DNA of 64,000 nucleotides from Octopus sinensis (taxonomy: Eukaryota). A program made the position numbers and the translations under genes. Below the pieces are notes generated by a model that saw only the letters and a list, made by a program, of their open reading frames with translations, was not told where the DNA came from and made no database searches. The stretch covers positions 75,950,001-76,014,000 of the forward strand of contig NC_043006.1 in NCBI RefSeq assembly GCF_006345805.1. The letters run 5' to 3'. Positions 14,119-26,133 of this stretch are shown piece by piece. Position 1 is the first letter of the stretch, and every line of letters begins with the position of its first letter.

Positions 14119-15542
14119 TAATGTTCTTAGCGTTCGGTGTGGATGGGGATAGTCAGTCGATATGACTCTACGCACTTATACCATGATCTAAAAAAATCGG
14201 AAAAAACAGGGAAATCTGTCCTCTATGATTTCCATTGTCCTTTATACTCTATAAACAAGCTTCAAATGTCATAAGCTCCAAGAAGCATTTTTGGTCAATC
14301 GAGCCCATAAGACCTCTGCATTATTTTTGCGAAGAGCAATTCATATATTTATAGGCCGCTATTAGACGCTTAATAAGAGTATATTCTTCAGGGGCTTCTG
14401 TAATTCACACATCTAAAATTGCTGTTCGTCAACACATGAACATTGATATTTATCCCACAGAAAACTCTACGCTGTTTATTGATTTACTTTCGGAGCGATG
14501 TAAATTTGAGAGGCTTCTTGAAACGGTGTACAAGCACTCTGCTTTCTCCTTGTTCCCTTCCTTTTCTGTTTCTCCACGTCGATCTGTCTTGCCTATTCAG
14601 CTTTCTATCTTGTCGCAAGAAATTCTGGCTCAACTTTACGCTTGCGCTTGCCAGTAGTACGTAAGACTGTCAAAACAACTCATGCTTGAACATCATTGCT
14701 AATATCCTTCCTTGCGATCCATGTGATGCTCCTCTACATGTGTTATGGCACGAATTTCTTGTGAAGTATGTAATACATCATTTCGTTCTGCTTCTGCTTC
14801 GGCTGCAACTTCAGTATTACGTATATGGTTCTGTCATACGTTCCTGGATAAAAAAAAATATTATTCAAGACATCGAATACACCTGTAAAGAATCAGCTCT
14901 CTGGGTGAGGTTCAGAGGAAAAAAACTTCTGAGTTTACTGAGTTGTGAAAGCGCCTTCCTTAGCCACACAGATCTATCAGGGAAAACTTTTCTCCGCCAG
15001 AAAATTATCTTGATTCCACTTGTTTCAGGTAGATCAAACAAAACAAAGAAACTAGGAACGATTTTCCTGCTCCACAATTCGAACTTTTCATTCACTGATT
15101 CAACTGGCAAAACATGAACATATGTTATTGTCGCCGCTTGTGTTTATCGTTACTCGTATTTGCTTCCTATTAGAAAATCTTTGTCGTTTGTTGTGAAATA
15201 AAAGTATTCTGCAAGTGAATTACTTTTCTTTTGTTTTTCAGACTGCTGTCTGTAAAACTATGTCTGTTTTTCTTCGAAATTTTGAAGGTGCGTTTCTAAA
15301 TGCTGTGGAAATTTTCTTTGTTTATGAGTGGTGAAAAAGAGAAAAAAATTTGCAAATAAAACATGTTTTTACGCCAAAATTGAAAGACTTAATGCAAGTA
15401 ATTACCTCTGTATTTAGAAATTCTGATTTAATAATGTTTTTCACGTAGGTCCACCAGTTAATAAACTACGTTATGTGAGATTCAGATGAAAAACACGTCT
15501 GACTACTTGAAAACACATTAGCGGTAGCAACAACAACGCAGT

Positions 15543-15740
15543 GGAGGCGCAATGGCCCAGTGGTTAGGGCAGCGGGCTCGCGGTCATAAGAACGCGGTTT
15601 CGATTCCCAGACCGGGCATTGTGAGGGTTTATTGAGCAAAACACCGAAGCTCCACGAGGCTCCGACGGGGACGGGTGGTGAATCCCGCTGTACTCTTTCA
15701 CCACAACTTTCTGTCACTCATTCTTCCTACTTCTGCCTCA
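15543..15740 (+). mobile_element. SINE family C, 3'-truncated
   Basis: GGAGGCGCAATGGCCCAGTGGTTAGGGCAGCG A-box and GGTTTCGATTCCC B-box; matches 42885-43270. Confidence 0.9.
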
Positions 15741-16155
15741 AAGCATGGTGTAAACCACTATGGTGTGGTAAACTTTCAGACCCTAGTCTAGATTGCTAAT
15801 CCTCTGTACCCCAGGATGGTTCAGATCTCCACCCATTAAAAGCTAGCGTTTACGAAATGAGGATAACAACGTAGCTTTCGCGCCCGTGCAACCGCCAGTC
15901 TATCGCGTGTGGTGGGTGGATCTTCAAGTTGCCACAAGCATTCTTAGTAGCTTAGAGTAGGCTCGAATGAGAGATTATTCCTTGTGGCTAATGGCGTGAG
16001 TCCTGATTGGAAGAAGAAGACAATAACGCATGCATAACAACAACATCAGTAGCAGGAACAACAGTAAAAACAACAACAAAAATAATGGTTTCAAATTTTG
16101 GAAGAAGGCTAACGATTTTTGGGGTTTAGTACTTAGTCAACTATTTCGACATAAC

Positions 16156-16387
16156 TACAAGAGGGTGATGAAAAGTTCTTGGGTTTTGGTAAAAGAAAAT
16201 ACTGGAAGATCAGTTAATTATTATTTTAATTAACATATCCCCCCCCCACTCAGATTCACACATACATAATGCAGCGGTCCTTTAGTTTTTCCAAGCGATG
16301 TAAAAGAACGCAGAAGGTTGGCCTTCAACCGGGCCTTTCGTGAGATCCTTAAAACCATGAACTTTCCAGTCCCCCCACTCCTTCGTA
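16156..16387 (-). mobile_element. Non-autonomous mariner deletion derivative (MITE-like)
   Basis: Imperfect TIRs TACAAGAGGGTGATGAAAAGTTC / GAACTTTCCAGTCCCCCC..CGTA; the interior minus strand resembles the mariner transposase C-terminus (CVNLSGG). Confidence 0.65.
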
Positions 16388-17236
16388 CTACACACGATAT
16401 TGTAACACATACCACTCACAACGAAAAGCGGAAATAAATCGCGTTATGCAAAAATTGCTCTCCAACAATATGCCACAAGCCATGTAATCTACAAATCACC
16501 TGCTCTATGTAACCATCCTTTGTCTATGTCTATACATCTGTGTTATTGCCCTATGTGTGTAGGCACTGGCATTTTTTTTATTAGGAAAGACACTGTAGGG
16601 GTTTCTTACTCACATTCTGTCGGTTTATTTATAGTTCACTCTAAAAGTATCCTGCTTTCTCGAACTTAAACGAACGAAGCGCAAAGTCTATTTCACCTTT
16701 AAGCAAGAAGACCGGTTCACATGACTTCAGAACTCTTCCGCAAAAGATGGTAGGGAGCAGCGTATTATCTTCAATGAGGTATAAAATATGACCAAAACGA
16801 AGAAAATTTTATTCAAGTAAAACTTAGATATTTTAAGCATCTAATTAGGAAAGCTGTGCTTTTTTGAATATGGTAAAGACTGAATTTCGTGGACAATTGT
16901 TCCGTATTTTTGGTTGATGTAGTGGCCAGATAGAGGCTTTTTGACACTCCTATCCTAGAAGTAACACAGCCACACCGTCATTGTATATTGTTATAAGTCT
17001 TTGCAGAAAGTGTGAAACAAATTTTCTTATTCTGTTCACCGTTTCTGCGAAACTGGAAATTGTTTCGGATACCACAATTCCTCCTTATTTCCTAATATGA
17101 AAAATAATCGACTGGGTTTGTGTTAATCTTGCACATTGACAATACAGAGAGTTCAAATGCTTCCGCTGCTGCTGCAGTTAATTTTATGAATGGAGACGAT
17201 TTGAACTGGCAAGCAATTATTTTTATATAACCTCAA

Positions 17237-17516
17237 GGCGGCAAGCTGGCTGGACGGTTAGTTCGCTGGGCATAATATTTAGCGGTGTATCGTCCGTCTT
17301 TACATTCATAGTTCAAATGAAACCGAGGCTAACTTTGCATTCCAGCATTTCGTGGTCGATGAATAAGATATGTCAGTCAAATGCTGGAGTAACAAGGCTT
17401 TCCTCGGTTCGAGGCTAGAGTAGACAACGCTTGACCAAGTTCCACGGTGTGGGACTGAAACCGGAGCCACGTGGTTGCGAAGATAAACTATTTGCAACAC
17501 ATCCACATCTGCATCT
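17237..17516. mobile_element. Degenerate SINE A' (+, 17237-17368) and SINE B head fragment (-, 17396-17516)
   Basis: Similarity to other copies in the window. Confidence 0.7.
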
Positions 17517-17903
17517 ATGAAGAAATTGTACCATAAACGGATACCTGAGATATCTATTGAAACAAATATTGGTGCAAGAGACTGATTAATCCTATAAATA
17601 CAAATAAACTAGATGGATGGAAATGTGCAAAATATTATAGAAACGAAATAATGTGTTCTTGTTCATATGACATTTATTTTATTTTCAATGAATGTTAGTG
17701 ATTTCATCAAGAAAATCAAAACTATATAAATTGATGTCAACTTTCTAATAGCTTTGGATATGAATAAACACAACGTTATTAGAAATGTAAACACACAATT
17801 TTCAGTAATAATACTGTGGAAGCAAATTAACGAAAACATAGACAAGAAAATTGTTTTCTCCAGACGGAAAAAAATAATCGACAAAATAAATTTATTTATA
17901 CAG

Positions 17904-17965
<62 letters not shown>

Positions 17966-18674
17966 TTAAATATATGTATATATAATATATATATATATAA
18001 ATAAATATATGTATATACACACACACACACAGATATATATATATATACATATATATATGCATATATATTCATACATATATATATGTGTGTGTATGTGCGT
18101 ATATTCATATATATTAATATGTATGTGTATATATATATATATTATATATATATCGGTATGTGTGTGTGTGTGTATGAGTGTGGGTTTGTAATTATATATA
18201 CGAATGTGTTTTCTGTCTCGGTGCTTTAGTCCGTTTTTTTTCTGCTTTTCACCTTTCCTATCTCACTTCATTCTCAAGCACAAACTAAACATATGTCTAT
18301 CTCTTGCTCTCGCATACTTTTTCTCTCTTCCCATCTTAACTCCTCTCTCTCTCTCTATATATATATACGTGTGTGTGTCTGCGTATGTAAACGTACGTAT
18401 ATAAATGTGCGTATCTATCTATTTATGTATCTATCGAAATATGTATATATATATGTGTGTGTGCTTGTGCGTGTGAGTGTACGTTATTTAGCTATAGAAT
18501 CAACAGAATTAAATTAAGGGTCTAGAGTTCCGAATGTAGCTCTTCTAAAAGTACACAATTTACGTAAATCTATGTACATAGAAGAAATCTTATGAGATTT
18601 GCAATGGTAAATCAACTGGCTTGTTACATGATAATGCAATGCTTTCAAACGAGTTTTGGACATTTATCCCGCCA

Positions 18675-19140
18675 TGGGCAATAACACCCGCCCACCAAGG
18701 GCAATTACCCCTGAGGGCAACGGATGATGGTTTAAAACATCTTAATATAGTAGAGATGAGGTAATTAACCAAAAGAGTTAATTGTCCTAGGGGGTAGTTG
18801 TCGGGTGAGGGCAATTTATCTAGAGGGTCGTTGTCGTCGGCGTAATTGTCGTTGTCATCGAGTGGTAATTGTCCTCGGGGGTAATTTCCTAGGAGGTAGT
18901 TGTCGTCGGGGGATAATTGTCCTCGGAGCGGGGGTAATCGTCCTAGGGGTTAGTTGTCGTTGGGGATAATTGTCCTAGGGGGTAGATGTCGTCGAGTGGT
19001 AATTGTCCTCGAGAGTAACTTCCTACGAGGTAGTTGTCGTCGGGGGATAATTTTCCTAGGCGGTAGTTGGCGTCGGGGGGCGGGGGGAAGGGGTAATTGC
19101 TCTAAAGGAGTAACTGTCCTGGGGGTAATTGCCCTGATAG
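18675..19140. repeat. G-rich degenerate ~15-16 bp tandem array (GGGGGTAATTGTCCT / GGGGGTAGTTGTCGTC)
   Basis: Repeated GTAATTGTCC / GTAGTTGTCGTC units at 18778-19136, with an inverted unit (GGGCAATTACCCC) at 18699. Confidence 0.85.
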
Positions 19141-19438
19141 GCTTTCAATCGCCAAGCATTTGTTTCTACGGATTTTTGACAAGCGTCTCATAGTTTTTAA
19201 TATGTACGGAGAGTATTACAGATCTTATAAAAATGTTCAGAGGGGTGTCACACACGAAACACTTGGCCCTTAAATCATTTACGTTGATTTTATAACATAA
19301 AGAAACACAAACAGACACACACACACACTAACACAAGGATATATACATAAAGCTGCAACGTAATAGGCATACAAACATGTATATATATATATATTTTTTT
19401 TTTTTTTACATACACATATGTGTATGTCTCTCTCTCCT

Positions 19439-19470
<32 letters not shown>

Positions 19471-20029
19471 GAATTTGATTTCTTTACTTCTATCGCTAAA
19501 CCTATTCCTTGCTGTCTAATTGAAATGCACTGGTGCACTGTTTACAAGCTAGAAGTCTGTAACCCGGCATGGAACAATATCCGTTCCTATATTCGACGAT
19601 TAATATACCGATTCCCCGAGGAAATTTTATACGTAAAAGTTAACTGAGAAAACAAATTCTTATTAAACGGCTGAGCTGAAAGGCACACTCCTCTGAGGAA
19701 GGATTGCAAAAAGAATTTGCAGATAAGAAATTTTGATTCAAAACAAGATGAATACATATCTTAGATTAAAGCCGGAGAAATCTTATTTTCATTCGGTCTG
19801 CTGAATATAACTAGAAATGTAAAGTAGAACTGTGTTGCAATATTTTGGAAAAAAAACCTTACTCAATGACTTAAAGTATTTTCGTAATTCACGAAAATTG
19901 ATCTTAAGTGATGTAAAGTTTTATCCTGTGTAGAATGGCACTAGACTGGAATACGAAATCATAGTAAACTAGTAATTTCTTGGCCAGTCTTCATAGTAGA
20001 CTCAGTTAAGTTGTAAATATTCAAGTGGG

Positions 20030-20640
20030 AGTTAGTAAATAAATGATCAATTGAAATTTGAAAGAAAAGAGAGCAGAAAGGAAAAGAAATATAGGGAAAC
20101 AATTGCGGGGGAGGTGGTGGTACAGGTAAAGTAGTGGGGGTGGAGGGGAGGGTACAATGAGCCACATAACCGAGAACGAATGGTGTGCTCAGCCGCACCC
20201 CATGGCCTTCGCCACAGTGAATGGTCAGCGATTTTCGCTGCAGAGGCCACTCTTTTTCGCGGAGCTGATTTCTCTGATGAGTTACCGTTATTCCTATTTT
20301 CTGGAGAAAATCGGTAGTACGAGGAGTTAGAGCACCTAACGCCTCAATGGGGACCGGCACAAACTTATAACCGCCGCTCAGAACCCTGTATTTGAGGATT
20401 TCTCTCCCCTCCGCACCACGGGCTGCGAAACTAAGGTTTGCACAAAATGCTACATAGTTCAAGACGAAAATCGTGTCACTGCATGTCATGTCCTAGACTA
20501 GGGATCTGCTTCTCCTGAATGAGAATAGAGTTATTCTGTCGGAGAGATTACCGTTCCCGAGTGTGAGACCTGCTAGCACAAGTTGAGACGGGAAGCCAAC
20601 CGTATCGTCCCTTCTCCCAAAACCCATAGCATTTATGAGG
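20030..20640 (-). mobile_element. 3' fragment of a non-LTR retrotransposon with a restriction-like endonuclease (CRE-clade-like)
   Basis: DRITLFSFRRSRSLV*DMTCSDT...EILKYRVLSGGYKFVPVPIEALGALTPRTTDFLQKIG...EKEWPLQRKSLTIHCG matches the PDG...W-D-x-T...K..KY...F-x-P...E..G...QR-x-S C-terminus of CRE-type RLE elements; the W codon is now TAG. Confidence 0.8.
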
Positions 20641-21090
20641 CTGAGGCCTTCTAACAGAAATGTTTCCCAGTACCTTTACGAAAATCTTTATTCGTAAACA
20701 AAGTAGTACACACAATCTTGCAACTATGGCAACCAGATATTTTGTTTCAGTATTTCTTATAAAAAACAGAATCGAGTGTTTATCTGTTAGACGTCACCAA
20801 ATTAGTTCAAAACATCGGAAATCTATTTTTTCCCAGTCTTATTAATGTTTAGATTAAACCAATACTATTTAACATGGATGCATTTCCATCTATTATCGAA
20901 CATATGCGAACAGTTAATTTTACTCTCTGGAAAAATAGTCCTACACTAAGTGAATGGATTATGGTGTAGGTCATTTGGGTAAAATCTACTGCATGTGAAA
21001 ACATACACTTACCTTCAATTCAGCGGGGATATTATTGTGTTCATAATGTCGTTCGCACCAGAAATTTCCCGCTTAGTATATTGTGTCTTG

Positions 21091-21522
21091 TGAAGGCGTT
21101 GAATTAGTAGAATCATTTGGATGTGGCAGCGAGCTGGCAGAAACGTTAACACGCCGGGCGAAATGCTTAGCAGTATTTCGTCTGCCATTACGTTCTGAGT
21201 TCAAATTCCGCCGAGGTCGACATTGCCTTTCATCTTTTCGGGGTCGATTAAATAAGTACCAGTTACTGGTTCCACATAATCGACTTAATCCGTGTGTCTG
21301 TTCTTGTTTGTCCGCTCTATGTTTAACCCCTTGTGGGTAATAAAGAAATAAGAATCGTTTGGACGTCCGAGAAAATGCTTAGTGACATTTTGACTGTCTT
21401 TACGTTCTGAGATCAAATCGCGCCTAGGTCGACTTTGCATTATATCCTTTTTAAGTCGATTATATCGACTTTCTCTATCACCGCAAATTCCAAGATCTTG
21501 TGCCTATAGTTGAAAGGAATAT
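21091..21522 (+). mobile_element. SINE A (21125-21350) inserted into an older SINE A', 16-bp TSD
   Basis: AGAATCATTTGGATGT (21109-21124) and AGAATCGTTTGGACGT (21351-21366) flank the younger copy; A' head upstream and A' body downstream. Confidence 0.85.
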
Positions 21523-21599
21523 TCTAGTGTTTTTGTAATGCTGCTACTTCGTTACGCTCAAAACAAAATATATAGTCTGATATATGCATGGCTCATCGG

Positions 21600-21965
21600 T
21601 TACTCTCTTATTCTTTTACATGTTTTAGTAATTTGACTGCGGCCATGCTGGAGCACCGCCTTTAGTCGAGTAAATCAACCCCGAGATCGCAAGTGTGTGA
21701 GCACATTCTCGGCAGCTGTTTGTACTCTTGAACAAGACACTTTATTTTACGTTGCTCTAGTATATTAGGTTGGGAAAAATCAATTGTACCTGTAACTCAA
21801 AGGGCCAGCTTCGTCACATCCTGTGTCATGCTGAATCCCCTTGAGAACTACGGTAAGGGTACGTGTGTCTGTGGAATGCTCAGCCACGTGCACACCAATT
21901 TCAAGAGCAGGATGTTCTGTTGATCAGATCAACTGGAATACCGTCGTTGTAACCGACGGAGTACC
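21600..21965. mobile_element. SINE B tail (-, 21600-21686) and a D-body/C1-tail SINE (+, 21688-21965)
   Basis: GCGGCCATGCTGGAGCACCGCC; CTTGAACAAGACAC...GTAACCGACGGAGT. Confidence 0.8.
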
Positions 21966-22495
21966 GGTTTTATATAGTCTGACCTACTCAGTTGTTGAAC
22001 TCGTGACTTTGTAGTTAACTAACCTAGTACTTTAATGTGTAATCAAGTTTTTTCATAAACTATCCTATTGACTTAATATAATTAAAAGTATTAATTAAAA
22101 TAATTACTTAAATAGCAGGTTATTTAGCTAGTGGGCATAGGTTGTATCCCACGATCAGTAGTTCCAGATTTAACATGTTTCAGGTTTTCTCTCCGTGTAT
22201 ATTTCATTCACTATTATATTTAAAAGTATTTGTGTCTTCTGATATTTATTACGTATGTTAACCACTGGTGTAAATTATTTAATAATTGTTACCCTTGTAT
22301 TTATAAAGTTCAATATTTAAATTCTTGGGTCGGATAGTATACGTTTAAATTTATTCACTGCTATACGACTCTGGCTTGGCACGTTGGTTGAAGGCATTCA
22401 ATTTGAATTCTTGATGTATAAAGATGGAACTGAATGCGCATGTGTTTACTCTGTTTTTTCGGTAGGTATTATTGTCCCTTTTTGTATCACCTAGT

Positions 22496-22537
<42 letters not shown>

Positions 22538-22541
<4 letters not shown>

Positions 22542-22931
22542 CAGTATCGCCCGGCGCTGCTCGGGTTTGTAAGAGAAATAACTATATAAGCATTTTTTAG
22601 AGAGTTATAGCCCAAAAATAGCAAAAACATGCATTAAAAAAGGAAAAAAAATTATGATAAATTTTTTTAAATCGTTGACTCATCGTAGACATTTTTAGAG
22701 AGTTACTTCCCTTATATAATAGCGAAAAATGCATTAAAATGGAAAAAATGATGGTAATTTTTGTTTTAAATCGTAGACTCATTGTAGACGCGCGATAATA
22801 CCCAGAAGGGCTTGATATGAATCACGACTATAAGATACCCGGTTTTGGTTAAACTGCACCGCAAAATGTGGGAGTAGTTAGGAATCTAAATCGTAGGAGA
22901 CAGACACAGAACTTCACTTTTATATATAAAG

Positions 22932-22932
<1 letters not shown>
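22538..22932 (-). mobile_element. Non-autonomous Helitron
   Basis: Minus strand starts TC(TTTATATATAAAAG) and ends with a CCCGAGCAGCGCCGGG hairpin plus GATACTGCTA; the 3' ~90 bp are shared with 33497-33867. Confidence 0.8.
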
Positions 22933-22966
<34 letters not shown>

Positions 22967-22979
22967 ATATCTGTGTGAA

Positions 22980-23297
22980 GGTGCATGGCTCAGTGGTTAG
23001 AGCGTCGAGCTTACCATTGTGAGTTCGATACCCGGACCAGGTTGCTTGTTGTGTTCTTGAGCAAGATACTTCACGTTGCTCCAGGTAACTAAGCTGTAGA
23101 AATGAGGTGCGACATCACGGGTGCCAAACTGTGTCAGCCTTTACCGTTCCCTTGGGTAACATCAGTGGTGTGGAAAGGAGAGGCTGGTATGTATGGGCGA
23201 CTTCTGGCATTCCACAAACAAACTTGCCCGGACTTGTGTCTTGGAGGGTAACTTTCTAGGCGCAACCCCATGGTCATTCATGACCGAAGGGGGTCTC
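22980..23297 (+). mobile_element. SINE family D
   Basis: TGGCTCAGTGGTTAGAGC A-box, GAGTTCGATACCC B-box, GTGTTCTTGAGCAAG central segment, ...GACCGAAGGGGGTCT end; second copy at 29604-29932. Confidence 0.9.
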
Positions 23298-23440
23298 CTC
23301 CTATCTACGTGTGTGTGTGTGCTAGTATGTGTGTGTATACATATGCAGATGTGTATAAATACATATAAACGCATAAATATAAAATACAGTTCTATATTTA
23401 AAATATGATGAATAATTTACATAAATATGTGTCAACTTGC

Positions 23441-23491
<51 letters not shown>

Positions 23492-23515
23492 TATAGCTAT
23501 ATATGAACACTTATA

Positions 23516-23756
23516 TACGCGGGGTCCTGAAAAGTTCCTGGTTTTACAGGTGTCGCCGAAGGCCTGGCTGGAGACTCAAACTTCAAAGTTCTTATACACA
23601 TCATAGAGAAACTGCAGGATCTCTGCAGTAACTGTGTGAATCTAAGAGGTGAGAATATGTTGTATAAAATCATAATCAACCAATCCTTCGGCGCTTTCTT
23701 TGATGCAAAGCATTTGCTTTGATGCAAAGCCAGGAACATTGCAGCCATCCTTCATA
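23516..23756 (+). mobile_element. Non-autonomous mariner deletion derivative
   Basis: TIRs TACGCGGGGTCCTGAAAAGTTCCTGG / CCAGGAACATTGCAGCCATCCTTCATA; interior EKLQDLCSNCVNLRG resembles the mariner C-terminus. Confidence 0.7.
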
Positions 23757-23826
23757 TATGCATGTGCATACATATACACATACAAATGTGCATGTATATG
23801 TAACTAATATTTATCTATAATGTGTA

Positions 23827-23940
<114 letters not shown>

Positions 23941-23942
23941 AT

Positions 23943-24541
23943 AAAATAGTAAAAAGTGATAAAAAATACAGAAGGCTTGTTTCAAAAGGTTAAAAAATAT
24001 ATATTTGAGTCATTATGTCTGAAGAATATTATAATTTTTTTTCATACAATGACATAGTTTTCGAAGAATACAGAATGATACCCTTTAGTGAGCACATTGA
24101 GAAATGCGCAAAGCAACTACTACCACAATTTTTAATCTTTCCATTTTAGCAATGTGCTATCGGAACACCAACACAAATTAGACTAAACAAAGAAACATTC
24201 TTCATTGAAAAATACAAGCCCAAACTTAACCATTCCAACATTGTTATACAGAGAAACTCACTCAAAAAAAAAAAGGCAAGACATATTAAGCGATTATCTC
24301 CCTTACACCGGAAGAAATCACTTATTACCTCCCCTTATCTGGAACTCTTTCTCACACTTCTCAACGTAAAGATAACCATGTAAGAAATTTGAAAAGCTGA
24401 ACGCGAAACTGGTCATTTCTTCAAAAACTATGTCATTTTAGGAAAAAAATTTATAACATTCTTCAGACATAATGACTCAAATATATATTTTTTAACCTTT
24501 TAAAACAAGCCTTCTGTAGTTTTTTCACTTTTTACTATTTT
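23943..24541 (+). mobile_element. PLE 3' fragment (GIY-YIG C-terminus) with ~125-bp inverted arms, within (TA)n
   Basis: Arms 23943-24068 and 24417-24541 are reverse complements; the interior reads EYRMIPFSEHIEKCAKQ..FLIFPF*..RLNKETFFIEKYKPKLN. Confidence 0.7.
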
Positions 24542-24589
24542 CTATATATTCAACCACGTGCTTTCACACACCAACTTTCTCACCTATAT

Positions 24590-24657
<68 letters not shown>

Positions 24658-24705
24658 CATACATACATATATATATATATATACATACATACATATATAT
24701 ATATA

Positions 24706-24858
24706 TATTTTCCGATTTCACTGTTTTATAAATTTAGATCATTGTTTTTTTAAAGTTTCAGAATGTAATTGTATATATAGAAAAAAGATGGGATATGCGT
24801 ACGTATATACACACATGTATAAGCATATGTATGTATATATATATATATATAATATATA

Positions 24859-24905
<47 letters not shown>

Positions 24906-25028
24906 CATATGCTTATACATGTGTGTATATACGTACGCATATCCATCTTTTTTCTATATATACAATTACATTCTGAAACTTTAAAAAAACAATGATCTAA
25001 ATTTATAAAACAGTGAAATCGGAAAATA
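24706..25028. repeat. Near-perfect palindrome centred on a (TA)n tract
   Basis: TATTTTCCGATTTCACTG...GCATATGTATG mirrored as CATACATATGC...CAGTGAAATCGGAAAATA; one 1-nt indel seen in ~135-bp arms. Confidence 0.95.
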
Positions 25029-25588
25029 AAACCAAGACATTGGAAAAAATCTTTCTTTCATCATCAAATACTTCTTAGAAATATCGAAATAAAGAAACAG
25101 TAAAATGGCGTTTAAGCTTCTATACGGGAGATCGGAAGCTGTATAACAGTGAAGTGTGAAGGAACTTTGATTTGTTGTGTTTCCTATACGCAAATAATAT
25201 TTCCTTGATATTTTAAAGATTATAATTGCCAAAACAATATAGTCGTGTCGACGGAAGTTTCAGTCGTGAGTCACAGTTTACAGAAAGAGATAGAAATTAG
25301 CGAAGGAGATGGCCGCATTGAACATTGACTGTAAATAGCGAGCTTTTAGTTTTGAGAAAGAATATCGATAAAATATCGATAAAAAACATTTTCATTATAA
25401 CATGATGAAAATAAAAAAATGAAAACAGGCATAAGCGTCGCGGTGTCATAAGAAGCTTGCGTCCCAACTACATGGTTCCACGTTTCACACTGCATGTCAG
25501 CTTGGGCAAGTGTCTTCTAGTATGGCTTCGGAGCGATCAAAGCCTGGCGAGTGGATTTGTTAAATGGAACCTGAAAGAAGCCCGTCAC

Positions 25589-25634
<46 letters not shown>

Positions 25635-25800
25635 GTTGTATACTGTCAATCTAACAAGAACGTGACAGTAGGGGGTACACCACCGCTGTATAGCCCTAGG
25701 AAGCATCGAACGCCTCCTGATAGCTTTGACACATTTTTTCCCTGTGTCCTTATATACATATACGAAGGGGAGACAAACACCCCCGGCTGCCGGAACTGCA

Positions 25801-25846
25801 TCTAGGGACACCGTGTTTCAGGATCGTTGTCCTTCATCAGCCTAGA
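25801..25846 (-). ncRNA. Type I hammerhead ribozyme, intact core
   Basis: UCUAGG-CUGAUGA-AGGA(caacga)UCCU-GAA-ACA(cgg)UGU-C/CCUAGA: 6-bp stem I, 4-bp stem II, 3-bp stem III, GUC cleavage triplet; predicted cut between 25807 and 25806. Confidence 0.9.
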
Positions 25847-26087
25847 GTAGCAGACACCGGTCAGCTGGTGATATTTGCCTCGACTTCGTAATTGTATATA
25901 TCTATATTCAGTGAAGTTTAATCACTGATTATCAAAATAAGAAATATTGAACTTCTAAATCTCTCGTAGAGACATGTACGGTGCTGGGCGATAGAATGGT
26001 TGTATACTGTCAATCTAACAAGAACGTGACAGATATATACAATTACGAAGTCGAGGCAAATATCACCAGCTGACCGGTGTCTGCTAC

Positions 26088-26133
26088 TCTAGGCCGATGA
26101 AGGACAACGATCCTGAAACACGGTGTCCCTAGA
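26088..26133 (+). ncRNA. Type I hammerhead ribozyme, U4C core variant
   Basis: Identical to the minus-strand copy except CCGAUGA (C at 26095) in place of CUGAUGA. Confidence 0.8.

Noticed and set aside
18778-19136. CRISPR-like array
   Set aside because: Degenerate abutting units without unique spacers, in eukaryotic context.
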